A stretch of DNA of 64,000 bases, from NCBI GenBank assembly GCA_905178155.1, contig CAJINV010000008.1, positions 3,167,303 through 3,231,302 of the forward strand, in the 5' to 3' direction. This stretch comes from Amoebophrya sp. A120 (lineage: Eukaryota; Protista; Dinoflagellata). The notes under the pieces were generated by a model. It had not been told where the DNA came from. It saw nothing but the letters and a program-made list of their open reading frames with translations, and did not search any database. The translations under genes and the position numbers were made by a program. Shown here in pieces: positions 36,848-51,200 of this stretch (position 1 is its first letter; each line of letters starts with the position of its first letter).

Positions 36848-38039
36848 TTACTTCTTCTTCTTCTCCAGCTTCTTCTTGTAGAAGGCCAACTCGTCGCCTT
36901 CCAGGATGTAGCCATCGCAGCGGCCGGTCTGGCCCGGGCGGGAGCTGATGCAGGCGAGCAGACGACCGGAGTTGAACTGGTCCTCCAGGTTGGCGTCGAG
37001 CTTGTGCACGCGACCGGCCTGCTTGGCCTTCACGTGTCCGGAGATCTTCACCTCCTCCTTCTTCTCCTTCTTCTTGCCCAATTCCACACCGTAGTGCTTG
37101 GAATACCTGCGTTTGCGTGTTTGTTTCATCTTTTTTTGATACCCGTGCGTGCACAGCCATAAAGTTTATTTCCATTGTTCATCGTAGGACTATCATTGTA
37201 AAGTCTGTGACGACCCATAAGGTCATTATGGAAAACGGAGATCTGAAACATGAAAACTTTTTCTTTGAAGAAAGAAAGCTCCTGGTGAAAGAAGTGGTCC
37301 TTCAGCTTCACCACGACAGATCTATCTGCATTGACAACAAGTGCACTTTCACTTCTTCGGGCATGAAATTTAGAAAAACAAATACCACTGCTTGAAGGGC
37401 ATGGCGTCGATCTGGACGATGGTGTTCTTGACCAGGGTCTTGGTGCGCACCAACTCGTTGGACACGGAATTGTACACAACGTCCATAACACGGACCTTGC
37501 GCGTGCAGTTCTCGCTGCCCCACGAGTAGTTACCGCTGTCCAAACGCAAAGCGCGGAACTTCTTGTTGGCACCTGATTTTTTGTTCATTCGGTGATATCC
37601 TTGCTTTATTCGTGAAAAGTTTTCTAGGCAAGAACGTGTTCGTCGAGCGAGCGCAGCGCGACGAGTCCTAGCGCGCGAAATTTTTTGCAGAAGTAATTTG
37701 TAGATATTTCGACCAAGAACCCCAGGTGGGAGAATGAAAAAAGCACTGGATAAATAAAAGTGGACCTTCGTTCGATGCTGACGTGTATGCAGGGAAGAAG
37801 TTGTAAGTGCGCGAAATAGTAATTTTGTCAGAAAATACGCAGTTTTTATTGTTATGTTACGACTAGTTGGTGGGAAAAAAAACTTTTATACCACGGCAGC
37901 GGACGACGCGGACGCGCTTGTGGCCCAGACGGGTCATGGCGGACGGGCGGCCCATCTCGTACTTCCTCTTCTTCTTGTGCACGTTCACGCGCCCACCGGT
38001 CAGGCGGTGCTTGTGGCGGCTGTCACGAGTGATACCCAT
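36848..38039 (-). CDS. RPS8: 40S ribosomal protein S8 (eS8); exons 38039-37892, 37572-37386, 37106-36848
   Basis: [16 protein letters not shown]...[15 protein letters not shown]...[17 protein letters not shown]. Two GT-AG introns give in-frame joins. Confidence 0.97.
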
Positions 38040-39720
38040 TTTCGAGAGGTTGTGTTCTGCTAGATTTTTCGCACTGATAAAGTATCAAACACACGATGGT
38101 GTTTTTGTTCTTTGTCCCTGTTTTTCAAAAATGTGCAAGCAGTGTTGAAGTCCATGAGTTTCTAGTGAATTCGATTTAAAAAGCTAGATCGATAGACTTC
38201 TTTCAGGAACCATTCAGGATGTGATCGCTTCAGGAAAGGATCGGTTGTGCGCACGACGTCTGTCGTCGCAAAGGTTAGGATCGCCGGGCATTTCAAGCGC
38301 TGAAAGAAAGGTCAAAGGCAAGAGCCGAGGATTCAACATCGTCTGCAGGATCGATCTTCTGGTGTAACTATTTGCTTTTGGGGAACGGGTTGATGAAGAT
38401 CCTCATTCTATGAGCAGACCGAGAAGTGATTTAGATCCTGTTTTTTCTGGGGTCAAATCCCAATGCGGATTTACTTTGGAGAAATTTAGATTTTAGCGGG
38501 ATGTTTGCTGTTCTTTTTCTATCCTCTTACGCCCATTTTCAGTGAAACTTTTGCGTTTCAAGGATCGATCGCTTCGCTGACACACTGTTTTTGATCTAAA
38601 GGCAACACGGGGATACCTAAATAGACCGATAAAGGGATCATCATCTTCATGCCAAGATTGATCAGCACCAGGACACTCGGACGGCACGAACGATCTTTAT
38701 TTTGCAAGTCAGAACGACTTTCCGGTGTGGGTCTTCTCTTTGCGTGAAAGGAAAGATACTGCGTCATTTTCGCAACTGGCTCGATACACCAAGAAATCGT
38801 CGTCGTTCATGCTCATGGGGGTTTGCAATACAAAATCGATGGCAGGGACCTGCTCCTGGGAAGCAGCGAGCACGATCAGGGTCTACTTCGTGTTAGTGCT
38901 ACAATATGATTGATACAAGACAAATATTTCTGTCCTTTTTACTCTGCATTCTTTTTGTTCCCTCATCTTCGACCCGACAAAAAGCCCACGATCCCGCCCC
39001 GGAGGCGGAATTTATCAACCACAATTCTTGAAACTAAATACAGGATCTAAGCGTAAGCACCACCAGTGCTACTACGGTCGTGGTACTGGTAGCAGAAAGC
39101 AGTATATCCTTAAAGTACGAGGTAACGACTACGTTAGCTGTGGTCCCGAGCTCTGAACCCCGGTGCTGTAATAAAGAAATCACGACTGGTTTCTTGCCTT
39201 GGTTCAAGACTTGATTATGGTGAGGTGCATCACTAGGATAATCAGGGGCCTGATGTTCGTGTTTTAGTGTAGTCATTCCGTGAAGAATGTCGCCACTTTT
39301 GATATCCTTGCATCGCTCTCATCATGTCATTCTTGAATTGCTAAATTCTTACCGAGTAGTGTTGTTGTTTGACCGATAGGTCCACATTAGCGCAACATAA
39401 GGGTCGCACCGAGGGTGCTCGGTCAACAACTCCCCGATTCGGTCGTTTGACCGCCCAGCTCAGTGGTAGGTCACTTCAGCGCTGTTCTTTGCAGCCTCGC
39501 GCGGCACTCTCCCAACTTGCTCCTTCGATATCCGACTGCGCAACTCCCCTCCACTGTTTTTATTCTCAAGCGATGTTTTCAGTTGTTGTAGTTCGCTTCT
39601 GGTGAATGGTTTGATGATTGGCTTTCGCTTTGCCTCACAAAAGTCTAGCATTACAGGGTGTCGGGAGCCTCTCAAATACAAATACTACCATCCATGCATC
39701 GGTTTCTCATGCAGAGGTAG

Positions 39721-40001
39721 TATGATTGGACAAAGTAACAAATATCTAACAGCTCCTCCGACTTCGCGCAAACGGCTAAGTCGGGAAAATCCAGGAAGTT
39801 CATGCGTATCTGTCACATGTGTACTGCAAAGCTTTCAAATTCCGCCCAAAATTGAAAGCATTTGCAGCAGGCATGTGCGTTTTTGGCTTCAATTTGCAGC
39901 CTCTACAGTACACATGTGACGAATTTCTTGCGTTTTCCCGACTTAGCCGCTTGCGCGAAGTCGGAGGAGCTGTTAGATATTTGTTACTTTGTCCAATCAT
40001 G
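39721..40001. mobile_element. Foldback MITE, ~69-bp TIR, 8-bp TSD AGAGGTAG (hAT/P-like TSD length)
   Basis: 39722-39789 is a near-perfect reverse complement of 39933-40000. TSD at 39713-39720 and 40002-40009. Confidence 0.93.
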
Positions 40002-40413
40002 AGAGGTAGATTATGCAGCTACAGTTTTTACCAGCTGCTTGATCTTCTGTAGTTAGTTACTTCATCTGCGCACGCCACACAAACAATGTGATCAGGGGAC
40101 GTTAGGCACTCCGATATTGGATCCCGCCCGACTAGATGCGCCGGATGAAGACGAAGAGGACGCTAAACGCTGTGCCTTCCCGGTAAAAGCGGTGTAGCCT
40201 GGAGAGCGAGAGGGAAGATAAATAATTTCATATCCTGATCTGTCGTCGAATTTGACGCGCGACCATCATCATTAATATCGCATATGGGAGCAAGTAGTTT
40301 ACAACTATGAAATCGAGCTAGTAAACAATTCACTCTGCATGTGCCAGCGGTCCGAAACTGAGCATGTGGTTACTTCCACGAACAGACACCTTCGAGCCCT
40401 CTCCTTGTGAAAC

Positions 40414-42002
40414 TCATGAGTACAACTTACCTTCACGCTTTGCCACCTCATGTGGTCGTCCGGGCCCACCACCAGCGAGGGGCGGACAGGACACACGCAG
40501 GTTCAGGGGCGAAACTTCTTCCGCGCTGTGCGGAAACAGCAGGGACGAAGCAGGAGCTCCTCCACCCGAAAGATTCCCAACAACCGCGTCGTGCGATGAA
40601 CTACCGTAGGCGTGGCTTGATATTACCCCGGTATCGAAACTGTAGAACTGCGATGATGAACTATTGTCGGCGTGGTAGTTCGTGTACATCTTCCAGGCGA
40701 GAATACTGCCGCAGAAGAAGGCGGCGGGGCAGAGCAGGTACAGTATCGCAAGAAAAAAACTGTGTAAGTGTAAATTTGTGTTGCAGAAAGTGCAAAACTG
40801 TTAGACTTGTCATGCTGGACATGCATCAGAGGCAATTTTCGTGCGTGTCTTCACGTGCTAGCTACGTCTGACAGGTTTTCTGTGTCATGCAAAGCAAACT
40901 TGTGATGCTATTCCCTCAAGAAACTTACACTTACACAGTTTTTTTCCTGGATATACAGCGACCCGAAAATATTTTCGGCCAGCGACCGGTCGGGCCCGAA
41001 GAAAGTGCGCGCTGCAGGCCTCCTTGCGTGGCTCATCAGAACGGATATCTGCATCACCCTGTTGTAAAAAGGCAAGTGGTGCATCATCACGGTGTTTCCA
41101 TGCAAAAATTCAATTCCTTTTATTCAATTCCTTTTGCGGTGCACGAGCACGGATTAAGGGTTCATCAGCGCGAAAGGCTGGCTCATCGATAGAAGCTGAC
41201 TCAATGAACTCTAGCGTGCGAAAAATTCTTGGATGGCCCGAAAAATGGCTGGGTGTATTGGAAGATGTACGGGTGAAGGTGGCTACGAACGAGAAAAGCG
41301 GCTACAAGAAAAGCAACTACATGATCATACATCCTCTAGATTGATATTGCAATAGGACTGTAGCACGTCACTATACTTGAGCGTCTCGATGATCCCCAGA
41401 TAGAATCCGAAGAGGTATCCTGTGTAAAAACGTCCCCACACCATAGTTGTCACGCAACTCTGCATGCTTAAAATGTTTCTCATGCGGAGCCCCATGAAGA
41501 GCATTTTCTAATGCGGTTTGGAAATCTGTAATGCGCCAATCAGCATGAGATACTAGATCTGTAATGCTGCTTAGCTAGCTCAGACAGCACTACACTACGT
41601 GTCCAAATTTGTCATGCGAAACAGCCAAAGCTTATCGATTTGTCTAGCGGATTTCCCATCTTGACTCTGGTGTGGGGACATTTTTACTCAGGATAAGAGG
41701 CCCCAATACATGATGAACTGCAGCTCCAGATGGTTGTAAAGACTTAGCCAGCCCAGCAGCGCTCCCAGTAGACAGAAAAAAGCGCCAAGCACGTCGGAGG
41801 ATTCCCGGGAGGCAGCAGCTGCGCCGCTCGTCGTACCGCTGCTCGACCCCAGCAGCCCAAAATCGTGAATGCGGGTCAGCGAGGAGAGCGTCTGGGCCCC
41901 CAGCAGGAACACCATCAACCCCTTCCGGCGCAACACGTAGTCTGACGGCGGTCCCTCGCTCTCGCCCGCCAGCGCGTGCGACAGCGTCGCAGGCAGCACC
42001 AT
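40414..42002 (-). CDS. Multi-pass membrane protein of unknown function; two IR introners and one probable GT-AG intron (41049-41330)
   Basis: Hydrophobic segments join in frame after removal: ...IMYWGLFGFYLGII... and ...IFGSLYLLCPAAFFCGSILAWKMY. Confidence 0.65.
40744..40953. mobile_element. IR introner family F
   Basis: GAAAAAAACTGTGTAAGTGTAA TIR; DR tacag/tacag. Confidence 0.93.
41416..41695. mobile_element. IR introner family C
   Basis: TATCCTG.GTAAAAA.GTCCCCACACCA TIR; DR agagg/agagg. Confidence 0.94.
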
Positions 42003-42701
42003 GATGATCCGAACAGTTGTAGTGTTGATCACTACATATTACAAGTATCTATCTCCGGTTACGGTTTCGCAGCTACGCATGAAAGACCTTCTACTTGTTC
42101 TTACAGGCCCCCGAGCACCTTCCTTGTATAGTTTTTCTTTTTTCCAAAATTATAAAATGAGCCATTGCTAGGACGAGGGTCGGCTTCTTGAAACGAGTGC
42201 GAGCGAGCTTGGCTTTGTTTCTCATCCCGATACGCGACTTGTGATACGGCCCCTGGACACGAACCCCCGCCACGGTCCACTGAAACAATACGACTTGTTG
42301 TAGAAAGGTGCGACTTGTCAGTCCTCTAGTAAGATGATTCCCATCACGGAAAAATGAAAATTGCGACGACGACAACAACGATCATGATGAGTCACGACGA
42401 CCTCTGTACATACGATTCTATGCTTTTCCGAGAAATATTTGGTATTCAGCGATAACAAAGAAACAGTTGCGTCAGAGTCATTGCAGGAGAGCGTAGGCCG
42501 GCGTTGTAGCTGCGACAACCAGAATCAATATCTGCGCCGGACGAGGAGGACGTAAGGCAATTTATGCGCTTCAGCTACCAGCTCCTGTTACTTATCCCAC
42601 AAACCGCAGTCGATTTCAGTTTGCCTTTTCAGCGTCTAATTTCGGAACCGGGGCCAACTTCTAAACTACTACGGAGTTCTTGTTGCCGACAGCTTGATAC
42701 T

Positions 42702-44465
42702 TCAAAAGTTCACTACTGGACTTGGAAGGTTCACCAAAATCTTGCTTCCGGGGGAGGTACTTCTACCCCGAACTGCGTCCTTGACCTTGTCCGTATTTCC
42801 AGTTCCGCCAGGCCTGCTCCTGGATTCATCCCGCGCACTGTCGCTGATCCCCTTTAGATCCAGGTACCGCTCCAGGTAGGTGGCGTTCTGCCTCCACGCG
42901 AGCGTGGCCCGCAGCATGTCCAAGCTCTTCGCCTTCTCGTCTTGCACCATGATGAACGCCTGCTGGCTATTCAGAGGAAAAGTAGCCCCCAAAGAAACTA
43001 CTCAAAACAAAGGCTGAAGTAGGGGATCATTTGTGATGCTAAAACAACCGCGCCGACATTGCCGTTGTCCACTATCGCTGGGGAGGCAAGCCTCCGCAGG
43101 CGCTAGAGCGGCATAGGGTCAGAACCGTGAAAACATCGCGGGGATCATTTGTGATACTGCGAAAAACAACCGTAGTACCGACGGCTCCATTTATTTTCGA
43201 CTTTTTATGTTCTGTCGCACGAAAAAAATCATGCCAAGTAAACATTCAGCAAATCTCGCTCCGAGAAGTAAGTACTGACTATGGGGGGGAAGAGATTGAT
43301 ACTTCATTTTGGTACTGCCGCGCGTGCGCGACGATCTTCGCGGCTTCCGCCGCGCCGCCCGCCGTGATGTTGGTGATAAGGGCGTCGTTCTCGGCCACCA
43401 AAGTGAATAGTTTCTGCTCCACTTCCACCACCTTCTGCTGGTACTCATTCACCACCTTCTGCTGTTCCGCGACTTGAATTTGCGTTATCGTGTCCTCGAA
43501 CTTTTGGTCGAAGTCCACCCGGAGAATCTGAAACAGGGGCACCGAAACGTAACCAAGCTCCGACAGTGTTTCGTTCACCCCGGCACGAATGCATCCACGT
43601 TGAGAAAAACATAAACAGCCGACAAGCTCGGCGGCGGTAAATCATGTCAAGTGCCGACCACGAACTTGCAAAATTCGCTTTATTCGTATTCAAACTTCAG
43701 CACTTACATAAAACGATGGAGGACCCTCGACACGGCGCCGCAAAGGCACGACTGCGTCTCACTACTACATCACTATCAACATTTTGATGCGACTGTAGGA
43801 AAATTCTCCACACCGACCTCTAGTAGGTCCCCAGAAGGACTAGCAGGGCACATCAAATGATCGCGGCCGCAACAAGCGTGTTTTCATCTCTAGTGTACTA
43901 TTATACGCTGGGATAGCATCCGTTCCGCGATCAGATGTCGCTTGGTCCAGAAATCCTGCGGCGTGAAGCGCTGCGCGATGTTCGATATTTGGTTGTAGGA
44001 CAACAGCAGCCACCGGTCACGCGCCGCCTCGTAGCCGCCAAAGGAGGTGTAGATGTCCTTCAGGTTTTCCCGGTTCAGCACAAATTCGAAACTCGCCGAG
44101 ATGTCGATGGGCTGTCCGCCGCTGTCGGGGTCGCTCGGGTCGGCTCCCGTGCGGGTGCGGACGGGTCTCCGGTCGGCGGCCGTGTGGTTGGAAAATTCCA
44201 CCAGCTGGTAGGTCGCCGGGAACAGCAGAAATTTTTTGAAGAAGCCCACGTAGTGCAGGCCGCCGCGGTACGCGCGACCGTCTTCCAGCAGTGACCCGGT
44301 CAGCGAGTTCTGTAAAATGCCGTACTCATTCGGGTCCAACCCCTCCAGGCAGGAAAGCGTGGAAAGTAGCAGGAGAAACAAGAGTCCCCCCAGCGCCGTC
44401 AGCACGGTTTTGAGGCTGCGACACGGGCTGTCGCCGTCCTCGTCGCACAACAGCTGAAAAAACAT
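42702..44465 (-). CDS. SPFH/Band-7 (prohibitin-like) domain membrane protein; exons ~44465-43906, ~43580-43315, ~42967-42702
   Basis: N-terminal TM segment, then LDPNEYGILQN...GLHYVGFFKKFLLFP, RTRTG...DISASFEF and QILRVDFDQKFEDTI plus coiled coil. Both introns are non-canonical. Confidence 0.75.
42968..43314. mobile_element. IR introner (degenerate, B-like)
   Basis: TAT...GTA ends, TTGTGATGC motif, DR ctggc/ctgcc; join ARQQAF is in frame. Confidence 0.75.
43585..43905. mobile_element. Highly decayed non-canonical intron (possible old introner)
   Basis: One TAT-type end at 43905. The other boundary is inferred only from the reading frame. Confidence 0.4.
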
Positions 44466-45120
44466 TATTGATTTCGCGCGATCATATATTCATCGTCCAG
44501 AACAACAAATTGTTGTACCTACTACGCACCGCGGTCCGCTTCATGAGAGAATCTGATGCTCTGGATCTCCACCAAATACTTACTGCACGTCCGGACCACG
44601 ACTCTCGCGGCCGTGCCCACGCTCCTCTCTCTTTCTAAGGTAAGTAGTACAGTTGATAGCAATGTGGATCATAGCCTCAGCTACTGCTCTCTTCATCTTC
44701 CAAAGCATGACTCGCAGGGCGGTCAAAGGCCTTTGGCCGCACTCTGTTTCACCGAACACATTGGGAACAAGGGATAAAGGTCTTTATCTACACCTCCTCG
44801 TCCTGCATCGGGTACTACCCAGGTACTAGAATGAAGAACATTTTTTGATGAATCAGAAAAACCCAGCGAACGCTTGGATGTCGCGAAACTTCAGATCGTG
44901 ATTATTATACAGGTCGTATTTACTACTGAGTACTTTGTATACTATGTCTCCTCATCTTCGTGGAGAAAGAGAGAGCAAAATCATCACTCTGTCTGTCGCA
45001 TGACCCTCCGAGTCATGCGGTGTGTCGCAAAAAACCTGATCCAAATACTAATCCCGGCAGTGTCGCTTCACCGAAGAAGATCTTGAAAGATTCATTAAGA
45101 TGCCAAGAGTTTCATTGCTT

Positions 45121-47520
45121 TCACCCGGTTATTTCCATAGCTGCGCAGCTGCCTGAACCCCCCTGTTTGCCACCCTCTTCTTCATTCTTCCCGAGGACCT
45201 TAACCTCCGCCATGTCGTCGATGTTGAAGGCCGCCTTCGTGACAACGATCTGGGTCCCTTTGGGCCTCGAGGAGGAGGTTAATATTGAAGACCCACGATC
45301 TTCTACCTCGTCCGCCATCATGTCGATATCGTTGCTGTCCGCAAGTCCGTTATTTCCATTGTCTGTTGGCGGTAGGACGTGGTAGCGGAACTTTCCGCAC
45401 GCGATTTCCTTCAACACAAGCACGGCGGCGCGCGACAAGTCCGCCGCGCCCCCGCGCTTCAGCTGTCCCCGCGACGTGGCGATGCTGATCAGGAAATCCC
45501 TCACGTTCAGCAGCGTTGCGGGGTCGAGTTGCGGGGTCGAGTGCTGGCGCTGCATCCCAGAGGATGAGGAGGAGGACGAACCAGCACCACCAGCAGTAGT
45601 TTTCGCTTTGTTATTGTTCACCAACAGCACCGTGGACGTCGCAGATTCGTCTTCCCCTCCGTCGTCGAAGAAGTGGCTCACGAGCTTCTGCAACGGGATC
45701 TGCTGTGAGAGCTGCTCCACCACCCGCACCGGGTCTTTCAGCGTTTCCACCTTCACGGCGTTCCGCAACACAACCGAGGGGTCCTCGGACTTGCCCGAAA
45801 AAACCACCCCCGGACTGTCAATCAACCGAATCTTGGAATCCAGAATTACTTCTTGGTACCTGCGGAGACGTTGATAAGGAGAGATGACGAGTTGTCGTAT
45901 TTGCTCGCAGCAGAACAATCCACACTAACAAGGATGATGATACTATACATAGCACCCAAAAATTTGATCCGATTTTTCCTTCATGTTCAGAGCGCCCAGG
46001 GCATGTTCATACTCTGCTCATCTGACGCATTCCTTCGTTGCTGTCCGATGCTGCAAATGACGTTAGGACGTGGCTACTTCTGTCGACAATGCTCGATGGA
46101 GTCGCAGCAACAGCTCAATAATATCCGCCTCTATTACAACCGGTGAAATTGAAACTTCTTTCAACGCAACACGACTGTTTTCTTTCTGACGTGCGCAGAA
46201 ATATGTGCCCTCTTCCTTACTACCAATGTACGTATCTCCTCGCGGCTGGCAGAACTACGAGTGCGGAACGTCAACGGCTCATGCGGAGTAAACTCTGAAT
46301 GTGAACCAAGAAATAAATAAAAAACGAATAATACGCTTTGGTAACCCCGGCGGTTCCTCCAGCCTTGACGGCGGTGCAGCGTTTCAGGGAGTTGATGACG
46401 CTCGACTTTCCGACGTTTGGGTAGCCAAACACTCCGACCGCGATTGCCTTCTTGGAGCCCGCGGAGCTCCGCGAGTAGTTTTTCAGCAGCTGCAGCAGTG
46501 TGTCCGCGCCCAGCACGGCCGTGGTGCTCTGCAGCTGGGCCTCCTTCGCGTGGGCGGCACTGGTGAGGTTCTGCCCCTTGTTGGTCCCGCACTTGAACAA
46601 CAGCGTCGGGAACTCCCGCTGCAACCGCTGCATCCACAGGGAAGCCGCTTCCTTCGGGATTAAATCCACCTTGTTCAGCAACAGAATCATCTTCTTCCCC
46701 TTCGAGCACAACACCTCCCGCTCGATCTGCCGGTTGCGGCAGCTCTCCGGGTCGCGCGCATCCAGGACCTTTGATTTTTATACGTGTAGATATTAGCGCT
46801 TGCGTGGAATCAACTCAAATTTTTCATTCAACACCGACAATCAATCTCAGAGGTAAAATGTCGACGAGTTCGATCCCGCGACTAGAGACTTGTTCTGGTG
46901 CGTGCAGTCCCGCTAACTAGCCGCAGAATTATCTTCTCACGAATTTCTCTCGACGGAATACGAATAAACAGCAGTATCTCAACATAATTACAGTAGTAGG
47001 CACGCATTCAAATCACAAACAGATAGATGACAGAGGTGGTCTACATCATCTCACAGCCGCGGCGTGCGGGAAGGCAACAGCTTTTTTATGTAGTCCAGAA
47101 AAAAAAAAAAGCTTATCTGACGACAAATCTTTGTACCTGAATTAACACGTCGCTGGCGTTGACCACCTTCCTCAGCTCCTGGTAGAACTTTCTCCGGGTG
47201 TTTTCCGCTTCGCGATTCCGGTTTTCTCCCCCAGTATGAGCCTCCTCCTCGGCGTGCTGCTGCTCCTCCGCGGCTTTTCCGTCGAAGTCATCCTGGCGCT
47301 GCCGTGCCTGCTCCAGGGCGTCCACCAGGTCGCGGCTGTGCTGCAGATCCTTTATTTTCCGCTCCAGCCGGTTGCCCAGAAACGATGACTTCTTGGTCGC
47401 GGTCTTCCGGGTCGCCAGCTTCGTCTTCTGCTTGTTGTGCACCTTCTTAGTGGAGTTCAGCAGCCGCTTCTCCAGCTTCTTCTTTTTCGTCACGAAGTGC
47501 GTCGGCTTATTCCGACCCAT
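45121..47520 (-). CDS. GNL3: Nucleolar circularly permuted GTPase, GNL3/Nug1 (nucleostemin)-like; exons 47520-47137, 46768-46335, 45859-45121
   Basis: FYQELRKVV...VLDARDP, LLNKVDL, GYPNVGKSS, GVTK and LIDSPGVV motifs with a basic N-terminus. Two GT-AG introns. Confidence 0.88.
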
Positions 47521-48249
47521 CTTGTTGTTCGAGAGAAAACTTAAGACTTTTCAATCAGCGAAGTGTGTAAAGTTATACGAAACGACGAGGTCGACGTTCT
47601 TTACGCCGCACCCTCTTCGCTGATATCGTTCCTTTCCTAATAGCTGTAGGTATGTACTTACGCTCCAAGCTTTTTCTCTGTCGTGATTTCATTCCTGTCG
47701 TGATCATATTTGCTGCAAAAGTGAAGAGGGAGATTTAGTTTTAGATTTTCATTTGAGCACGTACTTTCATACGAATATTAAACAGGAACGCGATGGATCA
47801 TTCGAGGAGTTTTATTTCTGATGGGTAAAAGGAGCCTGATGATCCGCAGCATGTTATTCGAGACCAGGGAGGTGGAACCGCCTCGTGTTCATTCCAGATC
47901 CAACGCCTCATTTTCCAGCTACAACAAGGGATGATCGCGGCACACAAGTGGGCAGTAGAATTTATTTAGAAGTGACTTTCACCATCACTAGAACCAGAAC
48001 CAAATCGAACGATCCGAGACAGTGGCTCACTTTTCATTCAACCGGATTATGGGCAGATGATCCGATAGCGGTTCGATCTTCAAGTCGGAAAAAATGGGTT
48101 CACTTTGAGAGCCGAGATGCTGCTTTCTTCTCGTCAGAATCGCTCCGCGCAGTAGCCTTTCGTGGCTTTCGCTAGTAGACAAAATTACGTCAACGAAAAC
48201 ATCAGGTTTGTGTCGCAGCGCTGACAAAGTTCATAGTACTGCTAAAAAA

Positions 48250-51200
48250 TCAGTCCACTTCCATGCTGTCCTCCTCCTCCTCCTCTTCTTCCTCGACCTC
48301 CCCCAAGGAGCTGTTGCTCTCCTCCTCGCTTGCCCCTTCGGCGTCCATGTCCGCGTCAGCAGCACTGTCGTTATCTTCCTCGTCGTCGCAGGACGACTGC
48401 ATATCCACGTCTTGTTCCTCAGGTTGTAACATCTCTTCTTTGTCTTCAAGTTGCAACTCAGCATCCGAAGTACCTGCTAGAACTTCTACGTCGACACGAT
48501 GTCTGTCACGTTTGTTTGTCGTTTTCTTTTGAGCTCCACTTCCTGTTGTGGCTGCTGCAGCTGCCAGTACAACAGCTCCACGATTTTTGCCATTGTTAGT
48601 ACCCTGCTGCTGGTGACCACCACCGCCTCCCTGGTGGCCAGCAGACGAGGAACTGTAATTCCCCACCACGGAGCTGCACGAAGCGGAGGAACTGCTCTCC
48701 TCGGCGCGCTCCTCAAAAATTTCCAAAACGGCCTCGCTGATCTCCTCCAGGATCTGCTTCGCGCCCCCGTGGTTTAGCAGCACCAGGGCCGGAATGTCCT
48801 TGTCAGTGTCAGTGGGATTGATGCGAACCCAGGTGGCGAACGACCGCCGGAGACTCGTGTGCTTCTTGTTGAAATCGTTGTATACCTCTTTGCACTCGTC
48901 GCGCACCTAACATATTTTAATACCAGTTGGCTTCGTGTTACCATAATCGCTTTTGATTTCAAAAAGCGAAAGGATTAAGGCCGAGAGGTGATCAACAATA
49001 CCTCTTCCATTTTGAAGTTGGATATTTCACGATTCATACGTACATCGACTACGTGCCAACATGCTGCAGTTGCAAGAAATTGAATCACGTGATACAAAAT
49101 GGGGCAGCAAAAAAAATCGCGTAATATTAAAAAATCGGTATACCGTGGGCACCCGGGTACCGCAGCCGATTTCCAAAATGACTAGATTCGTTCTCTTCTC
49201 GCTTTCCATCCTGTCCTCCCACTGCTGGTAGGGGGCCCACTGCGACTCGTGTAGTCTATCCATCAAGTCCTCGTCGTCATCCGAGAACATCAGGACCTGC
49301 GGTCGAACCCGGGGTTTCTTATCGAATCCCACGGGAAGGGCAGCAGAGTCTTCAGGTTGGGACGACGACTGTCCTCCAGAATTGATGTCGCTAGTTGTAT
49401 CATTTCTTCCAACATTTGACGCACTGGTCGTGTCAAGGTGATCTGGCTCCTGGGACCCAGGCGGCGCTGCGGTAGAGGTAGACGAAAGGTTATAATTTTC
49501 TCCGGCGCGTTGTAGTACGCCGGTGGACTTCTTCTCGATGCGATAATTTTCATCCTGTTCAGCAGTATCGGCGGGACAACTTTTCTGAACGGAAGTGGAG
49601 GGAGATGTAGTTGCAGGAGTAGACGTCGTCTTCCCCACTGCTGCGAGGGCACCAGAAGTAGCGGACGCCCCCGCCGCCTTTTTGCTGTTCATCTTCCGTG
49701 AAACAGTAGAACTAACGGATGTAGTTGCCTTTGTGGTTGTGGTACTGGCAGCTAGAACTACAGCATTTTTCTCCTGCTTGGCAGAACTCGCTGTCGCCCC
49801 AGCCGCCGCCTTTTTAGCCCGAGCAGACGCAGTTGTGGTGGCTCCAGCTTTGGTGCTGACCGTGGTACTACCGATGTTGCAGCTCATCTCCTCCCCGGCC
49901 CGAGAAGAGGAAGCACCTCCGCTCTTCGAATAAATCGTCGTGGAGGTCGAGCTTTTGGAAGAAGTTGTACTGGAGGACGTGCCCTGGCAGCTTTTTTTCT
50001 TCGTCGCTGGCGCTTGCTGAACAGAATTCATCATGTTCGTGTTCGTCTGCGCGATGCTTGTTACGTTTTCCTTGAAAGAACTACCTGGAGGTCCACCTGC
50101 TCCCAAGGCCGAATTTTTGCTCGCGGTGGACGCCGAATTATGCGTAGTTTTATTCGAGGAGCTGCTTTTCGCTGTCGCGACGGCTTTTTTGATCACAGCA
50201 GTGGCTTTTTCAGCAGCGGAGTTGCAGCTCTTGTGGTCCTTCTTTGTGCTTATCGACGCACCCCCACGAGCTGCGGGAGGGTTTCGAGCAGTAGAACCGC
50301 CACTGGGTGACAGCGGAACTTGATGCTCAATGGCGGCCACCATCGCCGCAGCCCCCGCCTGCCTGTTTGACTTCTCCCTGTTTTCCAGCACCGCCTGCAT
50401 GTCCCACTTTTCTTGGCGCTTCCACTCCCAGTCACAAGCGCCGTGAATCTCCGCGACGCGCCGGCCGAGCTTCGGCAGCCGCCGAAAGTGCCCGTCCACG
50501 TTGGACGTAAACACGTACCAATTGGGGATCTGCAGGGGCGAAACAAATCGCGCTGCCTTTTCTTGCAGACGCAACTCGTCTGCTTCGGACAAGGCCGGAC
50601 GCACATTAATGTTCGTGGCCGACGACCCCGACGCCGGGTTCTTCAATACCTCCTGTTCTGAGCGTTCTTGGAGACCACTACAAGAACTACTACTAGAACC
50701 CGACGTGTGCTGGTCGGGGTTCAAACTCGTCGTGGTAGAAGTTGACGCACCAGGACAAGAATTGTGGTTCGTCTGGCTGTTGTTCCCCAAAAATTTACTA
50801 TTGCAGGACGAGCCAGTCTGCTCGTTGTCACCATTCTGGTCGCGGTCGTGTAGCCAGGACTCGAGAATCCAGTAGCCGTCGTGCGGCTCTGCCTTTGCGT
50901 AGGTCGCCTTGCACAGGTGCCAGAACTGCGCGAAGGCGCTGTAGTCGTTGTCGCGGGCGTCCGGGTGGCACAGCTGCGCGTAGGAACTGTCCTCCTTGTG
51001 AGGCAACAAGGGCTTGTCCCCGTACTCGGCGTAGGTGGGTAACCCGCTGTCCTTGCCCATGCCAGCGCCGGCGGCGACCAGCAGGGTGTTGCAGTTCAGC
51101 AGAGCCTCCGCCACGCGGCGGACCTCCGCGGGCCCGCTCTTCACGTTGGTACTCCCGGACCGAAGATTGTACTTCTGCTGTTTGGGCGGTGCGGGTTTCG

